A stretch of 64,000 nt of DNA. Source: the human T2T-CHM13v2.0 reference genome, Homo sapiens. Shown piece by piece: positions 1 to 18,933 of this stretch (the stretch's first letter is position 1; each line of letters opens with the position of its first letter). The stretch is taken from the NCBI RefSeq assembly GCF_009914755.1, contig NC_060943.1. One strand, 5' to 3'. The notes under the pieces were generated by a model. The model saw nothing but the letters and a program-made list of their open reading frames with translations. It was not told the origin of the DNA and did not search any database. Made by a program: the position numbers and the translations under genes.

Positions 1-1601
1 GGCCAGAAAGAAGAGATAGGGCTGAAAAAAGAAGGCAGGAAACAAGCAGAATGTTTCCAAAGAGTCCCATGAACTATTCAGAAAACAGTTGTTTTGTTTT
101 GTTTTGTTTTGAGACGGAGTCTTGCTCTGTCACCCAGGCAGGAGTGCAGTGGCATGATCTCGGCTCACTGCAACCCCACCTCCTGGGTTCAAGTGATTCT
201 TCTGCCTCAGCCTCCTGAGTAGCTGGGATTATAGGTACACGCCACCATGCCCAGCTAATTTTTGTATTTTTAGTAGAGACGGGGTTTCAACATATTGGCC
301 AGGCTGGTCTCAAACTCCTGACCTCATGATCCACTCACTTTGGCCTCCCAAAGTGCTGGGATTACCGCGCCCGGCCAAGAATTTTGTCTTTAAAGGAGTT
401 GACAGTGGGGTGTGGACCGTGTAGCCGAGACAGCTTGCAGGGTGAGTTAAGAGTCCGCCTGGATTCCATCCCCAGCCCTGCCACACTTTGTCCATGAAGC
501 AAGTGACTGTCCCTTCCCAAGCCTCAGTTTCTGCACTGCAGAATGGGGACCATTGTCCGTGGCATTTCCACAGGTTGGCGTGAGAACCTGTTGAGCCCAC
601 GCAGCAAGGTGTGCCTGTTGTCTATGGTAAGGGGCAGACGGCATTGCCTACTTTCCACTCGTAAGATGTCATTGCATGTACCCGGTTCTCACTTGGCAGA
701 TGAATCAAAGGGCTATAAATAGCCATGTCTTGGTTTCTCATAAACGCATTAAATATGACTTGGCATCTTGCCCAGGCTTCCTGTCAGGGCAGTGGACGAG
801 GATTGTTTTGCAGAGGTCTGATGAGTGTCAAGGTTATAGTCACGTGCAGGTGCGTGAGGCAGGACTCGAAGTGAGCCCCAGCTGCCCTGGGGAATGAGGG
901 GGTCTTCCCTTCCACCCCCATGCCCTCCTTGGCATAGGTTTACACCAGCCACTGTGGGCCCTGGCAAGCCCCGCCTTGTGGCTCAGGCTGGGCCACTGGC
1001 CTCTTTGCTGGCTTTGCCTGGACTCACCCCACTGGTCCAGCTTGCATTTGGTCAGTCTATTCACAGGTGAATTCTGGGAAGACTGGACCTGGCTATGGGA
1101 AGAGGGGAGAGGAGGGAAAGGTGGACACATGACTCGTGAGCTTGCTGGGCTGTCCTGGGCCCCTCCCTCCATCTTACTTCATGAAGTTCTCTGAGGCTGA
1201 CCTCACCCCTGACTCAGGGATGAGGCCCTGGGGGTGGCAGATGTGGACTCTGGAACCCCGCTGCCTAGGTTCAAGTCCCAGCTGCTCCATAGAGGACCTC
1301 AGGCTTGTCTATGCTCTCAGTACCTCAATTTCCCCCCTCTGTGAAATGAAGGTAATGCCTCATAGAATCTACCTCATAGGGCTGCTGGAAGGATTCAATG
1401 GATGTTGATCATGATCATGATTTCCTGATACTCAGAATAATGCCAGGCACAGATTATCTGCTCTGAAAAACGTTTTGCTATTATTATTTTTCTGCTAGTG
1501 ATAGTTAAGAGCAAGGACTCTAGACCCAGCCCAGTTGGGTTCAACGCTCAGCTCCACCACTTGCAACCAATGTAACCTTAAACCTGGATATAATCTCTCT
1601 G

Positions 1602-2125
1602 TGTCAGAGGCATGTGAACCAGAACAACTCCATCTTGAATGGGGCTGGGTAAAATGAGGCTGCATTCCCAGATGGTTAGGCATTCTAACTCACAGGATGA
1701 GATTGGAGGTCAGCACAAGATACAGGTCATAATGACCTTGCTGATAAAACAGTTTGCAGTAAAGAAGCTGGCCAAAACCCACCAAAACCAGAGTGACCTC
1801 TGTTCGTCCTCAATATGACACTCCCATCAGCACCATGACAGTTTACAAATACCATGGCAACATCAGGAAGTTACCCTATATGGTCTAAAAAGGGGAGACA
1901 TGAATAACCCACCCCTTGTTTAGCGTAACATCAAGAAATAACCATAAAAATGGGCAGCCAGATGCCCTCAGGGCTGCTCTGTCTATTGAGTAGCCATTCT
2001 TTATTCGTTTACTTTTTTAATAAACTTGCCTTCATTTTACTCTACGGAATTGCCCTGAATTCTTTCTTGTGCGAGATCCAAGAACCCTCTCTTGGGGTCT
2101 GGATCCGGACCCCTTTCCTGTAATG
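1602..2125 (+). mobile_element. MER41 (MER41A-like) ERV1 solo LTR inserted in a MIR
   Basis: Starts TGTCAGAGGC...AACTCCATCTTGAAT, AATAAA at about 2019, ends GGATCCGGACCCCTTTCCTGTAA; 4-bp TSD TCTG; MIR sequence continues on both sides. Confidence 0.85.
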
Positions 2126-3084
2126 TCTGTGCCTCAGTTCCTTCATCTGTAAAATGGGAGTGATGATTATCTGTACCTTATAGGGTGTAATAGGGATAAA
2201 ATAAGCAAACACCCGCCAAGTACTCAGACGAGAGCCTGGCACACAGTAAATACTCCAATGTTGTTGCTACCATTGATGTTCTTGTTACAGGTGGTTGTGC
2301 TCACCCCGCATCAAGGTTGCTAAGCTGCTGTGATGGAATCCTGGAGCTGCTGAAGGACACCTCATCTCTTTGTGGGAAGCATCTGCTTGAGGATTAAGGG
2401 AATGCAGAAAAAAAGTGGAGTAGAGAGATGGAGGAAGATGACTTTCGAGGACATTGTGTGAGCACCTGGATCTAACTGTGCCTGAAGCAAAACTCAAACC
2501 CTGGACTCTCAATGTATTGGCTCTCAGTTCCAAGACCCAATAAATTCCTTCTTAGCTTAGAATGCTTTGCTCAGATGTCTGTTACTTCCAGCCAAATGTG
2601 TTTTAATACAGAAAGCTCTTGGGGGCTCAAATAACAGAAAGGGAAGCTATATGAGAAGCTGAGGGAAGCTAAGGAGAGGAACAGAAGTGATACAGCAGGG
2701 TGTGGTGGCTCACGCCTGTAATCCCAGGTCTTTGAGAGGCTGAGGTGGTGGATCACTTGAGGTCAGGAGTTCGAGACCAGCCTGGCTAACATGGTGAAAC
2801 CCCATCTCTACTAAAAAAAAAAAAAAAATTAGTCAGACGTGGTGGCATGCATGTGTAATCCCGGCTACTCAGGAGGCTTAGTCAGGAGAATCACTTGAAC
2901 CTGGAAGGTGGAAATTGCAGTGAGCCAAGATCATGCCACTGTACTTCAGTCTGGGCGACAGAGCAAGACTCCATTTCAGAAAAAAAAAAAAAAAAAGAAG
3001 TGATACAGCTTAAGAGAGTAGGCCATGTGGAGGCCACATGCATCATGGGTTAGAATCCAGGCTGTTACTGAGAGCTTGTGGTAG

Positions 3085-4550
3085 GATGTTGCAGAATGGA
3101 CACACTCTTTCATGCCTCCTTGTGTACATTCTTACAAGGTGACTTTGCCACTCTTCCCATCAAGGGATGGAGTCTGTGTCTCCACCCCTTGAATCTGGGC
3201 TGACCTTGTAATTTCTTTTGGCCAATCAAACATGGTGAAAGTAATGCTGTGTTAGTTTCAAGCCTAGACTTCAAGAAACCTTGCCGCTTCCATGTACTCT
3301 CTTAGTTGACCTTGCCATGACCTTGTGAACATGACCGGGCTAGCCTGCTGGAGGATGAGAGGCTGGAGGCTCCCCAGCGAACTGCCCATCCAGCCCCCTG
3401 AGGCAGAGCCACCTAGCTACACAGTGCTGGCCACAGATACATGAGTGAGCCCAACCTACATTACCAACCTGCAGAATGGACAGATAAATCCATCAATGTT
3501 GTTTTAAGCCATTTTAGATGATTTCTTAGGCAACAGTAGAGAACTGCTTTGTCTGGTTTAACTCAACCTTGCCCAAGGGCCTTCCAAAACCCTGACCTCC
3601 AGGTCACATGACAAGGTGAGGCCTCTACATCCCAGTCCCTGGTGATACTGTGCTAGTTTGGAGGCTGGGTCTCAAGTGACCTTGCAACTTCCATTCACTT
3701 TCTTGGACTCCTGCCACCACCTTGTGGACACACCTGGGTTGGCCTGCTGGAGGATGAGAGAGCAGGTGGAGGAGAACCCAGCGGCTCCAGCTGATGACAT
3801 CTGGTCCAGCCTACAGAGAGCCAACTATCGAGTCAGCCAAGATCAGCAGAGCCAACCCCAATTCACTGCTGCTGATCAGAGAAGCAAGAATGATCACAGC
3901 TGAAACCAGAACTGCCCAACTAATTTGTAGACTTGTAAGCAATAATGAATGCTTACAATTATTATTAAACAATAATTTAAATCTCTGACTTGGGGGATGT
4001 TTTGTTTGCAGCCATAACTGATACACTAACCGATACACTTTGTAAACATGGGCAAATAAACTCACATCTCTGTGCCAGAGTTCCTCTTGTGAAAAACAGG
4101 AACCATTTGGGATGGTCATGAGGATGTCATGAGCTCATGATCCTAAAACTCTTGGCACAGAGCCTGGCTGTCTTACTCTGTTCAGGCTGCTATAATAAAT
4201 TATAGCCTAGGTGGCTATAGCCTAGCCATAGCCTAGGTGGCTTCAACAACAAACATTTATTTCTCACAGTTCTGGAGGCTGGGAAGTCCAAGATCAAGGT
4301 GCCAGAAGTGATGTATGATGAGGGCTGTTCCCTGGTTTGCAGATGGCCATCTTCTTGCTGTGTCCTCACATATCAGAGAGCAGAGAGAGAAAAGGCAAGC
4401 TCTTTGGTGTCTCTTATAAGAACACTAATCCTATCATGAGGGCTCCACCCTCATGACCTAATGACCTCACAAGAGCTCCCCTGCAACACTATGCCATTGG
4501 GGGTTAAGATGTCAACATGCAAATTTCTGAGGAGACATGCAGTCCATAAC
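3085..4550. mobile_element. Cluster of MaLR MLT1-type LTR remnants
   Basis: MLT1 hallmarks such as CTCCACCCCTTGAATCTGGGCTG and ATTTATTTCTCACAGTTCTGGAGGCTGGGAAGTCCAAGATCAAGG. Confidence 0.65.
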
Positions 4551-4616
4551 ATTGGCAGAGAGTGAACACTCAATTTAAAAAGAGGTAAAATGAAAGGCAG
4601 AGAGACAGTTGAATAA

Positions 4617-4986
<370 letters not shown>

Positions 4987-6286
4987 AGCTGTGGGTCATT
5001 TTAGTGTAGCCTCCCAATGGCCCATAGGTCCCCAGCCTCTTAGCCCTTCATATCACCAACACAGAGACATTCCTTGGTGGCAGAACAAAAACCCTTGGGA
5101 ATAAGAACCACGACCTGGTAATCTGAGACCTACCGATTCAGAACAGGTAGCAGCACATTGTTGTAAAAAGCTCTGGATTCAGTTAGACCTGGGTTATGAT
5201 CCAATCTCTGCCGTTTACCTGACATGTGATATTGAGCAATCAATGCAACCATTCCAATCTTCCATTTTATCCCTGTAAAATAAGGATAATTGTACCTACC
5301 TCCCAGGAGTCTTGCTCAATCATTTCTTCCTTCAGTTTAGTATTTTTTTATTTTTTATTTTTTTAAACAGAGTCTCACTCTGTCACCCAGGCTGGAGTGC
5401 AATGGCCGCCAGCTCACTGCAACCTCCGCCTCCCAGGTTCAAGCAATTCTGATGCGCCAGCCTTCCGAGTAGCTGGGATTACAGGCCTGTGCCACCACGC
5501 CTGGCTAATTTTTGTATTTTTAGTAGAGACAGGGTTTCACCATGTTGGCCAGGTGGTCTGGAACTCCCAACCTCAGGTGATCTACCCACCTTGGCCTCCC
5601 AAAGTGCTGGGATTACAGGCATGAGCCACCACGCCCAGCCCTTCAGTTTACATTTATTGAGGTCTTACGTTGTTCCAGCTCTTTCAGAATCTGGGGATAC
5701 AATGGAGAACAACAACCACAAATTCCTGACCTCATGGAGCTCTCAATTTGTAGCTTAAAGAAAAATACTAATCTGATAGTGACAGAAACAGTGAAAAATT
5801 GCAAAAGAGACAAGTGTTTTGGAAGGAGAATGTATCAGTCAGAATAGGCTGGGTTATGCTGTGGTAACAAACATCCCCCAAGTCTTAGCACCTTATAATA
5901 ACAAAAGTTTACTTTTTATCTGTCACATCTATTGTAGGTCAGTTTCACTTCTCCTCCTTTTCAATCCAGGCTGGCAGAATGGTCTCCAACTCAAGAATTG
6001 TGGGCTCTGTGCAGAGGGAAAGAGAATCCTAGAGTATCTTTGCCCAGGCAATTAAGTGCTCTGGCCTAGAAGTGACTGTATTACTTCTGCCCACACTTCA
6101 TTGGCCAGAACTAGTTGCAAGGCCCCACCCAACCATAAGGAGGACCAGAAATGGCATTCCGTCCTATGCTTGGAAGGGAGAGAGCCAGGGGGATTCAGGG
6201 AGCAGCACTAATGACCATTCTGAAAGCATATGTGTGATGGGAAGACTTCCATGAGGCAATGATGCTTGAAGTATAAGAGCAGTTAA

Positions 6287-6627
<341 letters not shown>

Positions 6628-7261
6628 TAGGAGAGACGGGGTTTCGCCATTTTGGCCAGGCTGGTCTCCAACTCCTGACCTCAGGTGATCCACCCGCCTC
6701 AGTCTCCCAAAGTGCTGAGATTACAGGTGTGAGCCACCGCACCCTGCCTGTAAAGAAGTATTAATAGATGCCAATGAACTTCCTATGTCTGAACAAGGAA
6801 ATGATAAGTATATACAAGTTTTAGGAATTCAGAGAAGTCCATATTATTCTCAGGTCAACAAATTATTTGTACAAGGAATCAGAATTACAGATTCTTTTTT
6901 TTTAGTGGTTAGAATTGCTTTCACAGGACATGGCCACAATTTCTGAATCCCCACCTGGGCGTTAATTGGCCAGATGGCCAACAATTTACCTCCTCTTCCT
7001 GGGCACACAGGCAGCCATATTTCCCAGCTTGCTTTGCAGTTGAGGAGGGGTCATGTGACTGCGTTCTGGCCAATGAAATGTTCTGGCCAGTGGACAAAAC
7101 AGATGACACTTCTAGGCCCAGCTCTACCCTTCATACTCAGTTCCATGTTCTCTCTGTCCATTGTGTGGTGACCTTGGAAGCCAGTACTTCAGATGGCAGC
7201 CTGCATTCCTGAGTTATCTGAATCAAGTGAAAGAAAGCCACCTGAGCTGAGACTATGAGGT

Positions 7262-7770
7262 TGAAACCATGCCCCAAAGAGTTAAAAGAAATCAGTAACT
7301 AACAGAAATTCTTGAGTTTGCAGGATGGCAGATAAGAACAACTTGCGGAAATGTGAACCACTCCCTCCACTTATGAGATAAAAGAACTGGCTGAAATCAA
7401 CTGGAAACAATATGGCTAAGTGGAGTCTGTGCAGAACCAGTTTGCTGAAGTCACAGCCCAAAGTTTCACACTAACCCGTCAAGTTTGCACATGGGACCCC
7501 CTAAGGAGGCATGAGAGAGAACTATGCATGCCTGAGGACTTTCCAGACCTCCCCTTGGCTTCCACCAATCACTAGCTAATCCCAGAATCCACCCCCTGAA
7601 CCTTTCCTGGTAAAATTACTGCCTTAAAGCCAGCATAGGGAGACAGATTTCAGTGGGACTCCTGTCTCCTTGGAAGTTAACCTGCAATATAAAGCTTTTA
7701 TTTTCTCAAAAACCTCATGCCATAGTATTGGCTTGTTGTGCATCTGGCAGCAAACCCCTTTTGCTTGATA
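7262..7770 (+). mobile_element. ERV1-type solo LTR nested in an MLT1 remnant
   Basis: TGAAACC start, LTR-like U3/R/U5 layout; MLT1 sequence on both flanks; family not assigned. Confidence 0.55.
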
Positions 7771-7853
7771 CTAATGTAAGCAGGAAATAAACCTTTGTGT
7801 TTTATTCTGGAGCGTATTTATTGCTGCAGTGGAGCCTATCCTATACTGACTAA

Positions 7854-8132
<279 letters not shown>

Positions 8133-8333
8133 TGATCTGCCTGCCTCAGCCTCTCAAAGTGCTGGAATTACAGATGTGAGCCACTGTGCCTGGCCTGCCA
8201 AGACAATTTTATGATGCAGAAAGTATCTGTATTCGGGGTTGTCATGTGGAGTTGTACAAGTTGAGCACTGCCCGACATGTCCAGCCAAGGGATGAGGGGA
8301 ACCCACTCCATGCTCCACTCACCAGGCCTTTAT

Positions 8334-8393
8334 ACAATTTGTTCTAAGGTGACAATTTGTTCTAAGGTGATATAGACAATTTGTTCTAAGGTG
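8334..8393. repeat. Three perfect copies of ACAATTTGTTCTAAGGTG
   Basis: 8334-8351, 8352-8369, 8376-8393. Confidence 0.92.
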
Positions 8394-9569
8394 ACAGCTT
8401 TAGAAAGAAAGGGAATATTTTCTCCTTTTCTTTCTCTGGCAGAGTAGAAGAGCCGTATAGCAAGGCTAAGTACTGGAATTGCATTTATAAGCAATTATTT
8501 TTTTCCCCAAAAACATAGGCCTAAGAAGTTAAAAAATTACAATAAGAAAAGGAAGAGGGAAGAATAGGATGGTTAAAAATGGAATCTGGGGCGTGTTTTG
8601 TCTTACGCTGTACTCTGTTGTGCAGGGGAGGGTGGCAAGGCTGGGCCTGACCATGTCTCCTGCTTGGTGAGGAAAGTTTCTTATTGTACAGCTGGCCACA
8701 CGCAAAGCGGCTGCTACTCCCTGCTGCAACCTGGGGGGCAACCCACCCTTACCTGTAAGGAACCCCACCTTGTCAGAATCACTTTTTTTTTTTTTTTTTG
8801 AGATGAAGTCTATCTTTGTTGGCCAGGCTGGAGTACAGTGGCGCAATCTCGGCTCACTGCAACCTCTGCCTCCTGGGTTCAAACAATTCTCATGTCTCAG
8901 CCTCCCAAGTGCTGGAATTACAGCTCCGCCACCACGCCTGGCTAATTTTTGTATTTTTCGTATAGATGGGTTTTCACAGTGTTGGCAAGGCTGGTCTCGA
9001 ACTCCTGACCTCAGGAGAATCGCCATTTTAAGTGGACATCAGGTCATGTCTCTCCACTGCTCAAAACCCTCACGTGGCTCCCATTTCATTTCAAATAAAG
9101 CCCACAGCTGCTATCCTGGCCTACAGAGTCCCACACACTCTCGGCCCTGGTGACCTCCTTGATGTTCTCTCCACAGTTGCCTTCCTGTCCTAATCAGCTC
9201 CGTCCACCAAGTAGACACCCAGCCCCAGAGCCCTTATATACGCTGCCTGTGCCTGCAACTGCTTGGGGTAGGCTGAATAACACCTCCCAAAGATGTCACT
9301 CTAATCCCCAGCACCTGTGAATGTTACCCCTGGGGACCTGCAAGAGGATGTGTAGAGTGTGCCTTACAGGGGTGAGGAAGCTGGGTGCTCCCGTTCCCAT
9401 CCCTCGAGGTTAAGGACTGCTCCTGGGGTGTCAACTGCCCAGCTTCTAGCCTGCTCCATGAGTGGCCCAGCAGGCTTCTGGTATGAGTTAGGAAACCCCT
9501 GGCACCCACTGGAATCATGCCCATGACTGCTAAAGCTGCAGGGGACTTCCAGGTCTTTTCAGGGATATG

Positions 9570-10100
9570 GGTGAGTGTATTTGTTGTCTGTTGCTGCAAA
9601 GCAGATTGCCAGAAATTCAGTGGCTTAAAACAACACACGTCTATGATCTCACAGTTTCTGTGGATCAGGAGTCCAGGCACAGCTTAGCTGAGCCCTCCAT
9701 CTGAGGTCTCAGAAGGCTGCTGTCAGACACGGATCAGGCTGCACTTTCATCTGGAGGCTCGACTGGGGATGAATCTACTTCTGAGTTCTTCCAGGTTATT
9801 GGCAGAGTTCGTTTCTCTCTGGCTGTGTGACTGAGGGTCCTGGCCTTTTGCTTGCTGTCAACTGGGAGCCTCCCTCAGGTCCTAGAGGCCACTTGCATCT
9901 CCTGGAGGCCACCCACAGCTCCCTACCACGTGGACTTCCTCAATGTGGCTGCTTACTTCATCAAGCCAGCAAGGCTCCCTCCCTCTGATCTTCTAAGACA
10001 GAGTCTTAGATAACATAAGGCAAGCTAGGGAGTGACAGCTCAACACCTTTACTGTGTGCTATTGGTTAGATGCAAGGTCACAGGTCTGTCCACACTGGAG
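9570..10100 (-). mobile_element. MLT1-type LTR
   Basis: GGCTTAAAACAACAC...CTCACAGTTTCTGTGGATCAGGAGTCCAGG motif. Confidence 0.6.
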
Positions 10101-11477
10101 GAGAGGGGATCATACAAGGCATGGACACCAGGAGGTGGGAAGTCACTGGGGTCACCTTAGGAGCTGCCCTGACAGCCTTGGAGCACTGGGGCACTGACAG
10201 CCTCTGCTATGCGTTGTGAGACTTCAGTGCTGCGAAGAACAAACCCCTTGAGTGTGGGACCCATGCTTGACTCTCTCTGTCCCACCTCCAGCTCCCATAC
10301 AATGGGGGCTTCTATGGGTTGCAGGCATTGGCGGGCTCCCTGGGACCTGGGGTGGGCGCTTCAGGTCTCCTTTCACCTTCCAACCACTGGCCCCTTCCCA
10401 AGCTCACTGTGTGACCTCAGGCAAGTTGCTTGAAGCTTCTGAGTCTTGATGTTCTCAGCTGCAAAACAAGGTTAACAGTAGCACCAGCCTCTTGGGTGAT
10501 CGTGGGGACATAGCACTTACAAAGGGTTTGAGTTTTGACCTCACCAGGAAGTCCCCAAATGTTTGCTATGATTATCATTATTATTGTCTACCTCTGGTTC
10601 CCAGGGAGGCCTCTTTAGTTCTCAGGGAACGCTCCCTCATTCTGCAGGAATCTTTGAGCATCTGGGCACCACATGAAGCCTTAAGTGTTTTGGCAACAGT
10701 GTCTGGTACACGAAGGATGAGCCCTGCCCTATCCTGGGGGCAGAGGTTCTGTTCTGGGAGAGTTTCATCTCTGTCCAGTCATGGCTTCACTGCACTATTA
10801 GGGCAATGAATTTTAATGGCATGAATTATTTTTCACTCTTGCACTCTGCTGAACAGTGTGTGATTTCTGGGAACAGTCAGGCCTGGTGATTCCTGCAGGT
10901 CAGCTGAGCCAGGCCTGGCACCTTGTACCAGCAAAAGGGCCTGTCTCCCCTTCCAAGGGCCTGAGGGGCCTCACTCCACCACAAGAGCCTGGAAAAGTGG
11001 CGCGTGTCTGGCAGTGCCTCTGACTTGGGGAGTGGTGGCTGGGCCTGAAGGCCTGGGCACAGTGGGGAGGGTGGGCAAGGGATGGGCAGGAAAAGACAGC
11101 AGGGCCCAGGGCAGATCTGGGGAGCCTAGAGGTGTCCTGCTCATATCCCCCATCTTGTAGTTGGGGGAATGGGATGAGTGAGGAGGCTATGAGTTACCAC
11201 CTTTAGGGAGACACCCCAAGAATGGCCTGGTTCCATCTCTCCCTCCTTCTGAAGAACACAGGGCTTGGGACAGGCAACCTGGTTTGAACTAGAATCACCA
11301 GCCTCAGTTTCCTCATCTGTTCTATGGAAATTACTAATGAGTTAACAGAGCAGCACCTGACCCAGGGAAGAGCTCGGTCACCCTGGGCTACGGGGCACCG
11401 GGGCGGAAGTGACAGAAGGGGCGGCTGTGGCTAAGAGAGAACCGGAGGCCGGGTCCGCTTGTGCACCGGGGGCTCGC

Positions 11478-11883
<406 letters not shown>

Positions 11884-12033
11884 TCAGGTGCAGGGCCAGG
11901 GAGAAAGGAGGGACCGACGTCTCCCTGAGGAACAGAAAATAAAGCACCGCCCAGTCCCCCTCCTCGCCACCCCCCACGGAGCACTGTGCAGCCGTCAACA
12001 GTGGGGTGGAGGAGGCACAGCTGGGGGCTCCCA

Positions 12034-12104
12034 TACTGGCCCCACCCCTTACTGGCTCCCCTCTTCCTGGCTCCACCCCTTACTGGCCCCACCCCTTACT
12101 GGCT
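12034..12104. repeat. About 16-bp minisatellite (TACTGGCCCCACCCCT), about 4 copies
   Basis: Direct reading. Confidence 0.85.
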
Positions 12105-12949
12105 GGGTGACCTGGGCAAATGCCTCCAGCTCTTTGAACTTCCATTTCTTTATGTAAAACTAAGAGTCTAGACCAGGCTTGGTGGCTCACACCTGTAATC
12201 CCAACACTTTCAGAGGCAAAGGCAAGGAGGATGGCTTGAGCCCAGGAGTTCAGAACCAGCCTGGACAACAAAGCAAGAACCCATGTCTGCAAAAATTTAA
12301 AAAATTAGCTGGACATGCTGACATGCGCCTGTGGTCCTGGCTGCTCAGGAGGCTGAGGTGGGAGGATTACTTGAGCCCAGGAGGTTGAGGCTGCAGTGAG
12401 CCAGTCACAGCACTGCACTCCAGCCTGGGTGACAGAGCAAGACCCTGTCCCAAAAAAGAAAACAACAAACCAAAAAAAATGGAGAGTAATGATTGTACCT
12501 CATAAGGTTATTTGGAGGAGTTAGCAAGGGCACTCCTTAAATGATTTGTCCACCTGCCTTTGCCTGTCTGGTCTCATCTCCTTCACTCTCCCCTTTACTC
12601 ACTCTGCCTAGCCACGCTGCTCTCCTAGATGTTCCTCTGACATGCTGGGTGCAGTCTTGGCCCTGGCTGTTCCCTCTGTCCCCAGGGCTTCCTCGCCTCC
12701 TTTCAGTCTGGGCTGAAATGGCAGCTTCTCAGAGGAGCCTTCCCTGACCCCACCACTTGACACTTTTAACCTCCCCTATTCCCAGCATCCCTTCCTGCTC
12801 CGTCACCATCCAAAATACTATAGGTCGGGCACAGTGGCTCAGGTTTGTAATCCCAGCACTTTGGGAGGCCGATGTGGGAGGATCACTTGAGCCCAGGAGT
12901 TTGGGCTCAGCCTGGGCAACAAAGTGAGACCTCATCTCTACAAAACTTA

Positions 12950-13102
<153 letters not shown>

Positions 13103-13446
13103 CTAATAATAATAACAATAATAATAATAAAACTATATATTTATGCGCCACAAGGGCAAGAATCTCCGTTGGTTGTGTTCTTCACTGTTTCCCAGGTCCC
13201 TAGAATGGAGCTTGGCATATAAATATGCAGTGAACACGTGTTTAGTGGAGAAATGAATCAGGCACCGACACACCCAGCGTGGTGGAAGAACAGAGAGGAT
13301 ATTCCACAGACAATATCATAAAAGCTTGCATTCCCAGCTAGGTACATTGTGGAACTTCTTATTGGATGCTATGGCAGGCACTCTACAGTCTTTAGTCCCC
13401 TTAACACATCACAATGACCCTGTGTGGCCGGGGGCTGGCAAGACCT

Positions 13447-13984
<538 letters not shown>

Positions 13985-13987
13985 TGA

Positions 13988-14356
<369 letters not shown>

Positions 14357-14598
14357 TAAGCTTCCTGGGCTTCCCCCATCACAGCCCCATCTGTCTGCCT
14401 GGGCTTCTCCCATCCCGGCTCGCACCACCCTGGGCTGTGTCCCCCTCGGACTGTTTAAGAGCAGGGCCTGGCACTGTCCTGATGACCACTACGTGGCTGA
14501 ACTGCAAAGAACGCCCACTCATCCCTCTGCACATATTACCAGGAAGGATCCCCTGACCGGAAGAATCTGGGTAGGGGCCAGAGGCAGGGATTCCATCA

Positions 14599-15372
<774 letters not shown>

Positions 15373-15653
15373 TCACCCATGAACTCTGGCCTCAGCCCTG
15401 GGCAGTGGGATGAATTGCAGCTACCACATGTGTGTGTGAGGTCACCATCCCCTTTTGTTTTGTGACAAGCTGACAACACTGTTTTTCTTTTTTTTTTTTT
15501 TTTCAGACAAGGACTCGCTCTTTTACCCAGGCTGGAAGGCAGTGCTGCAATCACAGCTCACTACAGCCTCAAACTCCTGGAATCAAGTAATCCTCTCACC
15601 TCAGCCTGTTGAGTAGCTGGGACTTCAGGTGCATGCTAACCATGCCCAGCTAG

Positions 15654-15842
<189 letters not shown>

Positions 15843-16200
15843 TAATTTGTCTATTCAGAGTTTTCTCTACTACCTGCCCCGCTTCCTTTCCCAGGGGTGA
15901 GACTACATTCCCAGGGATGAAATAAGAGCATGAAGGTGTCACATGTGAACACTCAACACATATTTCCTGAACTCTTACTATGTTCTGGGCACACTTCTTA
16001 GCACTGGGGATAAAGCAGTAAACAAATCCTCTCGGGCTGGGCTCGGTGGCTCATGCCTGTAATCCCAGCACTTTTGGGAGGCTGAGGCGGGCGGATCACC
16101 TGAGGTCAGGAGTTCAAGACCAGCCTGGCCAACGTGGTGAAACCCCGTCTCTACTAAATAGCTGGGTGTGGTGGCGGGCATCTGTAATCCCAGCTAGTCA

Positions 16201-16305
<105 letters not shown>

Positions 16306-16701
16306 TCAAAAAAAATAATAAAAATTTAAAAAAATTTATCTCTGGTTACTGTTCTGACCTCCTGCACCTTTCCCCCTACTCCCTACCCTCCAACCACGCT
16401 GGCCTCCCGCCGTTCCCTGAATCTGTCAGGCAGGCAGAGGGGCTCTTGCCCCAGAACCATTGCACGTGCTGGTCCCCGTCTCTTCCCTCAGCCATCTGCA
16501 TGACTCAATACATATTCAACAAATATTTTTCTCAGTTGCTCCCTTTCCTTCCATCCCCTTTTCTAAACACCTTCTCAGGCGGTGGCTCACACCTGTAATG
16601 CCAGCACTTGCCAGCACTTTGGGTGGCCAAGATGGGAGAATCACTTGAGGTCAGGAATTCGAGGCCAGCCTGGCCAACACGGTGAAGCCCCATCTCTACT
16701 A

Positions 16702-16857
<156 letters not shown>

Positions 16858-16889
16858 TCAAAAAAAAAAAAAAAAAATAAATACATAAA

Positions 16890-18190
<1,301 letters not shown>

Positions 18191-18265
18191 TGGGCTGGGT
18201 GCAGTGGCTTGTGCCTGTAATCTCAGCACTTGGGAGGCCAAGGAGGGCAGAATCACTTGAGGTCA

Positions 18266-18586
<321 letters not shown>

Positions 18587-18933
18587 CTACATTGTCATGA
18601 GCCCATGGGCCTGAGTAGCTCGGTCTCTAGATTCTACATTTGGCCTCCCCCTGAATATCAGAAGCCTGTGCAGACAAGAACTAGGTCATTGCTGTGTCCC
18701 TAACATCACCTGCCCAGGGCACACTCAGAGGAAACACCAGGGAATTCTTCCTGCATGCGCATCTCAGCAAGCCAGTGAGGAGACCTTTTCCTTAGCAGAA
18801 CCAACATGAAGGCTTATGGGCTGGGAGACGGAGCCCGGTTTTCTGTTGGAAGGTAACCCATGAGCCCAGGTGAACACAGAAAACAAAGTCTGGGTGAGGG
18901 TCAAGGGCAGGGCTACGGCCCTGGTCCTGTCAC

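Noticed and set aside
1602-2125. MER41 as an IFN-gamma/STAT1 enhancer
   Set aside because: The tandem GAS segment is absent from this copy
4201-4242. Repeated ATAGCCTAG units in an MLT1 LTR
   Set aside because: Small local duplication in a decayed repeat
8334-8393. Direct repeats as a CRISPR-like array
   Set aside because: Human DNA, no unique spacers, simple local duplication
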